Source: Elsinoe ampelina (Eukaryota). From it: a stretch of DNA of 40,753 nt. This document shows, piece after piece, positions 32,894 through 40,753 of the stretch (position 1 is the first letter of the stretch; each line of letters begins with the position of its first letter). The stretch spans positions 1,226,322-1,267,074 of the forward strand of contig ML992504.1 of assembly GCA_010093995.1 (NCBI GenBank), in the 5' to 3' direction. Below the pieces are notes generated by a model. It did no database searches and was not told the DNA's origin. It saw only the letters and a list, made by a program, of their open reading frames with translations. Made by a program: the position numbers and the translations under genes.

Positions 32894-34106
32894 GGTTCTG
32901 TAGTAGTTGTCGGTGTCGTGGTTAGATCAGTAGTGGTGGACGTTGTGGTTATATCAGTAGTTGAGGTTGTCGTAGTCAGATCACTGGTCGTGGTTGTTGT
33001 AGTCGGATCAGTGGTTGTAGAGGTCGTAGTCAGTCCAGTTGTCGTTGACGTTGTGGTAGGACTTGTGGTAGTAGATGTCGTGGTAGGATTGATGGTTGTA
33101 GATGTCGTGGTAGGACTTGTGGTAGTAGATGTCGTGGTAGGATTGAGGGTTGTAGATGTCGTGGTAGGAATTGTGGTAGGAGATGTCGTGGTAGGACTTG
33201 TGGTAGTAGATGTCGTAGTAGAATCGGTGGTCAGTACTGTTGTGAGCGAGGTAGTAGATCGATCCAATATTGAGGTCAGTGACGTGTATGATGAGGTAGA
33301 CAGTCCGACTGTTGTTGTAAAGGTACTAGACATCATCGACAAACTTGTCAGGGTGCTAAGACTCGACTTGGCGGCTGACGTAGTGGGTGTTCCCGTCGAG
33401 GCTACAGTCTTCGATGTATTGATGGCCACAGAGGCCAGTGTACTGCTCTTCATTGAAGCTAACGTTGTCTTGGAGGTGCTGGAGGTTGGAAACAAAAGGC
33501 ATTGACAGCCCCTGTCAACCTGAGCATGGGTCAAGCCGGTAATGGGAGACGCGTAACGTGCCCTAGCATCCGAGTCAGTCGCAGACAGAAGTAGAGTCTT
33601 CCATGCGAGTTAGACCTACGTTGCCGTGTAAAATCTGCAAAAAGCACCTGGATTCGCAAATTCGGCGTCTACACGGGATGCAAATCCCTGATTGCAGACA
33701 GCTTTGACTCTGCTTACGGATTTCAAGAACTTTTTCTGCTTCGGAATTGCTCGGCCAGCCTTGACAAGTATGCACTTGCAAGTTTGGACGAGTTTTGCAG
33801 CCGGCACAGATGGTAGAGGTGATCGGGATCGGTGGCTAGATTGAGTGTCAGAGGTATCGACTGTGCGCATGTAGCCTTGCATACTCTCCGAGATAGAAAG
33901 TACAGAAATTGAGTGGATGTGTTATTTGCCTACCGACCAAGCGCATCTCAGCCTTCATGGGAGCGGAGGAGCATGCTGATGTACAAGTAAGCGCTGAATC
34001 AGCTCTGATGCTACCCAAACAACATACCTGCAGGCTTGACTGTCGCTGCATTGGTGACCAGCGCAAGTACAAGGCAAATGATGAGAGATGGCAGTAGTTT
34101 ATACAT
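31915..34106 (-). CDS. Secreted protein: signal peptide, two Cys-rich modules, Thr/Ser mucin stalk, WSC domain, and a C-terminal domain. Introns 33976-34027, 33836-33884 and 33563-33619.
   Basis: ATG 34106 gives the signal peptide MYKLLPSLIICLVLALVTNA. Three canonical introns keep the frame into ORF 31915-33534. WSC motif: YLGCYSD..CALACAQAGYLYAGTQYSNQCWCG..CDYVCPGDSSQMCGG. Confidence 0.88.
32576..33240. repeat. Coding minisatellites and microsatellite of the Thr stalk: DTTTTT(TT) units, PTTTSTTTS-type 27-nt units, and (GTT)n at about 32861-32893
   Basis: Repeated gtatcagtagtagttgtggtagta and gtagatgtcgtggtagga units, plus a pure GTT run. Confidence 0.9.
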
Positions 34107-35479
34107 TGCAGCAACTCCAAACGAAACAGAAAGAGAGGTCAACGGACAAACGCGGCAGAGAAAGCGTACGACTTACCTTAAGCATATATACATTAGATAT
34201 CATGTCTCAAAGCGGCTCATCCAGCCGCATGCGGTTGTGAAAACGGTGACTAGCCAGACTATGTGATTAGTCTACAGACCAAAGGGACTAGTGGACAACA
34301 AGGACTGTCCTTCTGAATTACTCAAGATACTAAAGACTGCCGTCAGTAGTTGCTGGTAGGCAACGATTGATGCGGAGAAATGGTCGAATCCATGTCAACC
34401 TGGTAGTTGGCGATGATGGTAAGGGTAAGTACGCCCCAGGTCAAAACCCATCCTAAGAGACATCCGAAAATACCACCAAATGGCACCTCAGCGTTCGCGC
34501 CGGCCGGGTCACAGAAGTGCCGGCTTTGAAAATATGGACGATTTTGTCCGATGACTGCTTCCAAAAATGCTCGGAATGGACAAGATTTGACCGTTTGATC
34601 CTTGCGAGCAGTTTTTAGCACAACGTGCGAATGATCCAAGTGGCAAACAGCGGTTTGTTATGAAGGCCCGACGTCGGCGACACCTCTCGTTTTGACTTGG
34701 AAACTCCTCATTCCTTCTCTTTGGCAGCAAAGACGCCGGCCTTACAGCCTAGCTCCCCACATTGTTCAAGTCCAGGGTGTAGTCGAGGAGAACGGCACGC
34801 GGAGTACATTCCGGACTCCAAACAGAAGTGAGGTCGGAAATGCCGGGGGCAGTGAATTGGCATTGGCAGTCGCCTTGGTCGCACCCGCACGAGAACAATG
34901 CTGACAGTGCATCTCGTCAAATCCCTGCCATTCAATGGTTCCATTGGACACCTGCCACGTCTTGCTGGCAGATCCTTGCCGATCGATTAGGTCGCGGCCA
35001 CTACCACTCTCCCACCCCTCGGGTCTCGCTTCAGCTTCTGCAGTCAGACTCTTGTTCATCCTACAAGCTGCCGATTGCAGTCGCGGGCGATGTATTCTGA
35101 TACACACCTCTGCCGTGTAGTGCCTCGGGTAGCACGTCTGGATAGTCAAGTGCGGTCAGGGTGGGAAGCCACTCATACAAGACATGTCACGCTTGGCACC
35201 CAGCCACGTCCTCCAAACTGAGCCCGCATCACGCTCGGAGCACAGGCTGCTTTATCAAGAGCTCGGTAATGTCAAGCACCTCGTTGGTTCATGCACGATG
35301 CCGTGCCTTTCCCCTCCACATCAGTGGCAATTCCACTCTAGGGCTTATTACCGAGGTTTTCAGATTCAGCGTCACCCCTCCGGCCTGTCTAAATTTGTTA
35401 GCTGTTACCACCAAAATAAAGACTTACCATAAAATCGTCCTATTACTGCTTTTGATCAATCCGTAAGGCTTGAAAAAGG

Positions 35480-35876
35480 TGTAACAAAATGCTAAGACGC
35501 TCTAATCGAGTAATAAGGCTATTAACGCGTGTAGCTAGTTCACCCTCGCTGCTACTAGCGCTACTATTGTCCTCTAAGCGCTTAAGGCCTCGTCTAAGCT
35601 CTTTATAATAACGTAAGTAACGTAAGACTACTCTAGCTACTTCTTCTCCTTCTTCTCCTTTATAAAGGCTACTATTGTCCCTACTAGAGGTAGAGATATA
35701 GCTCTTACTAAACACTCTACTAGCGACGTAGCTAGCGCCTCTCTTGTCCCCTCTACTACTAAGTCGATCTTAGCGTAGCACTAAGAGCTTAGAGCGTAAG
35801 TTCTTAGCCGAGCTAGTGTTAGATTAGACTTTATAATAGATAGTAAAGCTTAGCTTAAGAGTGCTATATAGTAACA
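35480..35876 (+). repeat. Putative 5' LTR (TGTAAC...GTAACA, about 397 bp); candidate target-site duplication AAAGG at 35475-35479
   Basis: TG at the exact start of the RIP block and an imperfect inverted terminus GTAACA at 35871-35876. The second LTR is outside the window, so this is unconfirmed. Confidence 0.55.
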
Positions 35877-37979
35877 CTATTAAGGTAGTAGATCGGATAG
35901 TAGAGGACTATTAGTAAGAGGTGTACGAGCCTTTAGTAAGAGCGTTACTTTATAAGAGAGGTGTTACTTAATTTAAACTTATAACCTTTAAGGTAGTAGC
36001 GAAGAATAGCTAGTATAGTATATAGAAGGTAGATTATATATAAGCTAATATTAACTAGTCTCCGCTAGATAGAGTACTAAGGCTATAGAGCTTAAGGTAT
36101 CTAACTAAAAGAAAGACTACTAAGATATTATTACTCTATAATATAGTAGAATTGTTATACGCTAGCTCTTACTCTTCTACTACTATTAGTATACTATAGG
36201 ATCTATAATCTTAGTTAGAGAATAATTAAAGCCTATATTCTACTAATTACACTTACCTAATTAACTAGTAGAGGTGCTCTAGTAATTATAGCCTTAGTTC
36301 TAAGTTATACTACTACTATATCGATAAGTACTAGTACTACTATAAGATCTTATATACCTATTAGCGGGAGTAGGCCTAGGCAATATTAAGGTAAGAAGCG
36401 ACAATCGATAAGCCTCTAGAGGTGCTAAAGATAAAGCTATTAGATAACGAGAGGCACTACTCCTTAAAGAGTAGCTAAGTACTAGTAAACGTAGTAGTAA
36501 ATCTCGATAGCTAGAAGCTAGTATAAGGCTAAAATCTTGCACCTCTAGCTAGTATAATTATCGAGCCTTATAGTTCACCTTTAAACGTAGAATTAATAAG
36601 AGATTAAGCTCTTTAATTATATATCGACTAGTAAAAAGATTAAGTAGTAAAGGCTAGTTAGAAGAACTACCTAGAGGAGGCTTTTAAGTTACTTAATAAC
36701 TAGTATATAGACCTTAAAACCTTAAAGATAAAGACTCTAGAGTAGCTTACTTCTTAAGGGATTATTTAAGATATTACTAAAAGGCTAGTTTATAATATTA
36801 AGAGGTAAAAAAGACATATAAATAATAAAGTTTAAGGGGGGTAAAGAAGGAATTAAAGGTAGAGGTAGAGTTAGATATTTATACTTCCTAATTAGGAAAT
36901 TACATAACTTTAGTTATACTTAATATAGCAATCTCTAAAGTGACTTCTTACTATATTACTATTACCTCTAGCTATCCTTATATAATTCGCTATAAAGGCC
37001 TTAAAGTCGATATAATTGTCTTCTTTCTATAGTACCTAATACTATTTAACTATTCCTTTAAGCTATAAGAAGAAGAACTCGATAGAATTAAAATCTAGTA
37101 AGTAAGGGGGAAGGTATATAAGCTTTATACTAGCTTATTTATACGCTCGAGAGATTCTCTTAGAGTAGTAAAATAAGGTATTATCTATAATAAGAATCGA
37201 ACGAGACTATAGATAGAGCTAATAAAGAGGTAGTACCTTCTCTAATAGCTAGTTAAAGAAGCGCTCCTTATCGGTATAGCTAGTAAATACCTTAGTAGTT
37301 ATTACGCTATTAATAGTATAAGCTAGTAAGATATAAACTTACTTACCTTACTTCGTACTAATAATCTACTTAGGAGTTACTCCCTTAGAAGACTAGCTAA
37401 ATTTATATATACTGACTTGTTTATTATAGCTAGATTTATCTATATAGACTAACTAAAAAGGCTTAAAGCTACTTATTATTACTATATAAGTATTATAAAG
37501 AGCTTAGTACTACTATACTATAACCTTTCGAGAAGCCTTTTAATTCTAGCCTACTAACTTAAGAGCTTAGTAGATAGTTACAATTAAGGCCTTAATTCTA
37601 TATTAATTAAAGAGGAAGACTACTATCTTATCTAGGTATATATAAGGCTTATAGATAAGCGCTACTAGTAATCCTCTAAGGGCCTAAGGATCGATTATTA
37701 TAAGGACTTAGTATTAGAGCGGCACTTAGTAGTAGCTAGTTCTACTTACGTAACGTACTTAAATATTCTATATAGTACTTACGCCTAGGGCTTAATAGTA
37801 ATTAGTTCTACTACTAATAGACTATTCGGTTAGATAGGTATTCTCTATATTATAATATATATAGCTTTAATATAAGGCTTTAATAGTTCTAATTACTCCC
37901 CTATAGTTATAATCTATTAGACCTTATAGACAACTAGAACTCTATTAGTAAGGCGCTTATACCTTGCATAAATAATGTT

Positions 37980-39100
37980 ATAGAGATAGACTCTATTAAG
38001 TAGACTCCCCTAGAGAAAGAAGAAACTCTCGTAGAGTAGCTACTACACCTACGCGCTAAGTATAAGTATTTAGAGCTAGAGCTTAAGGCTTAGAGCCTCG
38101 AGGAAGAGATTAAGTAGATATATTACATATGCGATATAGAATATACTTCTACTAGCTTTAGCTATAGCTTATATATCTCTACGGAGCACGTAGTAAGCGA
38201 AGCTAGCACTTAGAGCATATATAGTATAGGCGGATCATTTATAAGACTATTCTTAGGACAATCTTAATTAAGGAAGCCTTATCTCTATTAGAGTAAGACA
38301 CTTAAAGAGGTAAGATTCTTTCTAAAGAATCTCGAGGTTATCTTTACTCTAGTCTCTAAGGCTTATTCTACTAATTAGTAGAAGGTACTATATAGAGTTA
38401 TATTCCTCGCTAGCGAGCTAGATAAGATATAGTATTACCGCTACTATATAGATAGCCTAGAGAGCTATATATAGAAGCAATTTTGCTAGTTTATATAGGA
38501 TATAGTTAATAACTCTATTAACTATAGAGTGCACGTAACTCTTATATATAAGAGTACTTAACAACGTAAGGGCTAATCTATCTAGGCCTTTACTTTAGAA
38601 CTTACTACTCTAGAGGAGTAACTAGCTCTCTACTTAGAGGAATAAAGAGTGTACTATCTCCTTACTAAGTTATAGCCTACGCTACGTACTACTATTATTA
38701 AGTACTATACTATTCCGGCTACTCGCTAAGAATTAGTATCTCTTAGCTCTTATATTAAATTATTAAACTATATAAGCTATAAGTATTTTACCTATAAAGA
38801 GAACTTAGATCTACTATATAAGCGTAGGACTTAAAGCAGCTCTCGAGGAGGAAACTACTACTAGTCTAGTAGCGGCTCTTAAGCTTATTATAAGTAGGAG
38901 GCTACTAACTTATCTACTAAATAGTTTAGTAGGTAAGAAGGCACCTCCGAGGTATAGAAGAAGAACGCTAAGTATTATAGCTATAGTAGAACTAGCTATA
39001 TTAAGCCGGAGTATAGATCGAAGTACTTATAGAAAGATAAGAAGTTATAGGTAGTACATAAAGTAGCTACTATAAATAAGATTAATAACTCTAAGCTAGT
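37980..39100 (+). pseudogene. RIP-degraded gag (boundaries approximate)
   Basis: Coiled-coil-like frame near 38005-38120 (TPLEKEETLVE*LLHLRAKYKYLELELKA*SLEEEI), YLLTKL near 38655, and a zinc-knuckle-like remnant near 39040-39085. Many TAG/TAA stops are explicable as C>T or G>A changes. Confidence 0.6.
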
Positions 39101-39199
39101 AAACTCTAAGGGCTTAGCTAATAAGCGTAACTAAGCCCTACTTCTCTTTTAATTAATACTTACCTATCGCTACTCTATTATAGCGCTATTATAGTACCT

Positions 39200-40753
39200 A
39201 TAGACTATAAAGACTATATATTTCTTATAGACAATTATATAGAAGTTAATCTTATATCTTAAGTATTTACCCTTTGCTACGATCTACTAAGAGTTAAGTA
39301 TACTTAGTACCTAAGTATATCTTTCTTTATAGAGTAAGCTAGATTTTACTATAGTATATACTATCTTCGTATATATCTAGTAGACTTCTATAGTAACCTT
39401 AGAGAGACAATTAGCCTCTTCTACGCTATAGACTTAGGACTAGGCTCTCTAGTTATTTTAGAGCGCCTATAGTAGAGAAGATAATATATAATTATAAATA
39501 GCGCTATAGATAACTAGTCGTATAGCTACTTCTTATATATAGTTTACCTACGCGAACTAGAAGACTTTATAAAGAATCTCTAGAACGAGCTAAGGATATA
39601 TACTATAGTATAGACTCTATCTAAGGACTGTACCTACGCTATAGGCGACCTAGCTCTACTATTAGAGTTTATAGAGTTCTTTAATATCTTTGTCTATAAG
39701 GATATTACTAAATTACTACGCCTACTAGGCGCCGAGTATATAATTAAGCTAGAGCTAGGTAAGAGACCTCTATTCTAGCCCTTATATAACCTTTTAGTTA
39801 AGGAGCTTAAAGTGCTTAAGAACTATCTCGAGACTACTTAATTAAATAGGTAGATTAGGCGCTCTATAAGTAAGGTAAGTACTTCTATCTTATTAGTGCC
39901 TAAGAAAGATAGTAGTCTACGCTTATATATAGATTATCGAGGCTTAAACGAAGTAACTATTAAGAATCGCTACTCGCTTCTACTTATTAGTAAGACGCTT
40001 AATTAGCTCGGGCAAGCCTAGTAGTTCTCGAAACTAGATCTTAAAGATATCTACTATAGGATCCCTATTAAGCGTAGTAATAAGTAGAAGACTATATTCT
40101 ATATATACTATAGCTATTTTAAGTACTTAGTTATACCTTTTAGATTAACTAACGCCCTAGCTACCTTCTAAGTATATATTAATAAGGTACTAGGTAGGCT
40201 AGTTAATACTATCTATATTATCTACCTTAATAATATTCTTATCTATAGCAATTTAAGAGAGAACTATATATATTATATTTATAAGATTCTAGCGAGGCTA
40301 TAGAAGTTTACTTTATATACTAACCTTAAGAAATGTAAATTCTTTACTAAGGAGATAAAATTCCTTAGCTATATTATCTCTACTATAGGCGTCTTAATAG
40401 ATCCTAGTAGAGTAACTATAATTAAGAATTAGCTAAGGCTAAAGAGTTATTATAAGGTTTAGTAGTTTACTAGCTTTACGAACTTCTATTGTTACTTTAT
40501 ATAGTACTACTTTAAGATTATTACTTTCCTCTCTAGCCTTCTTAAAGGCTTAGTTAAAGGTCGTAAGTATAGCTCTTTTATATAGGGTATAAGTAAATAG
40601 TAAGTGTTTAAGAACATTAGGGACGCCTTTACGCGTGCCTCTATCCTCTATTACTATAATCCTACGCTACCTCTATATATTAAGAGCGATATATTAAAGT
40701 TTATAGCAGTAGTAATTCTATCCTAGCTATTTAATAGTACTTAGTACCTAATT
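39200..40753 (+). pseudogene. RIP-degraded pol: aspartic protease, reverse transcriptase, start of RNase H
   Basis: FLIDNYIEVNLIS (protease-like, ~39220); [45 protein letters not shown] (~39890-39973); FSKLDLKD; IYLNNILIYS (YLDD mutated to YLNN at 40223-40234); IKSD..ILS*L (RNase H start, ~40680). Confidence 0.92.

Larger units (their letters stand above)
35480..40753 (+). mobile_element. RIP-inactivated Ty3/gypsy LTR retrotransposon, 5' part; runs off the right edge
   Basis: At 35480 the DNA switches abruptly to AT-rich, TpA-rich, CpA/TpG-depleted sequence. Degenerate gag, protease, RT and RNase H motifs follow in gypsy order on the + strand. Confidence 0.93.

Noticed and set aside
27220..33240. 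Tandem repeats as CRISPR-like or telomeric arrays
   Set aside because: No spacers and no TTAGGG units. They are a simple 7-mer repeat and coding Thr repeats in a eukaryotic locus.
32576..33505. 309-aa poly-Val ORF on the + strand
   Set aside because: Mirror image of the Thr (ACN) repeats of the WSC protein.
35443..35715. 90-aa minus-strand ORF crossing the RIP boundary
   Set aside because: It lies in the putative LTR, has no ATG start and spans the insertion junction; not supportable as a gene.

Overview
Fungal nuclear DNA from a filamentous ascomycete. Short 46-60 nt GT..CTRAC..YAG introns and RIP damage support this; a Dothideomycete-like origin is inference only. Bases 1-34.1 kb are gene-dense, with 13 protein-coding genes whose exons were rebuilt by hand. 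In order: divergent nitrate reductase (niaD, runs off the left edge) and nitrite reductase (niiA) sharing a NirA/GATA promoter; a RING-H2 E3 ligase; the vacuolar TRP channel YVC1; an NTF2-like hypothetical; dynactin p150; DPH1; a type I Baeyer-Villiger monooxygenase; ATP5/OSCP; an unrecognised 4-exon zinc-finger-like gene; a dual-specificity phosphatase; SSN6/CYC8; and a secreted mucin-stalk WSC protein with a duplicated Cys module. From 35480 to the end is a heavily RIP-mutated Ty3/gypsy LTR retroelement, with about 2 kb of unexplained, possibly antisense intron-bearing cargo between the putative LTR and gag. The most striking unexplained signal is about 8-10 recurrent ~1 kb islands where the + strand flips abruptly from C/A-rich to G/T-rich. 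They are independent of gene strand and gene boundaries and appear to reshape codon usage, intron length and even amino-acid content. All coordinates and compositional statements were read by eye; no searches were run.
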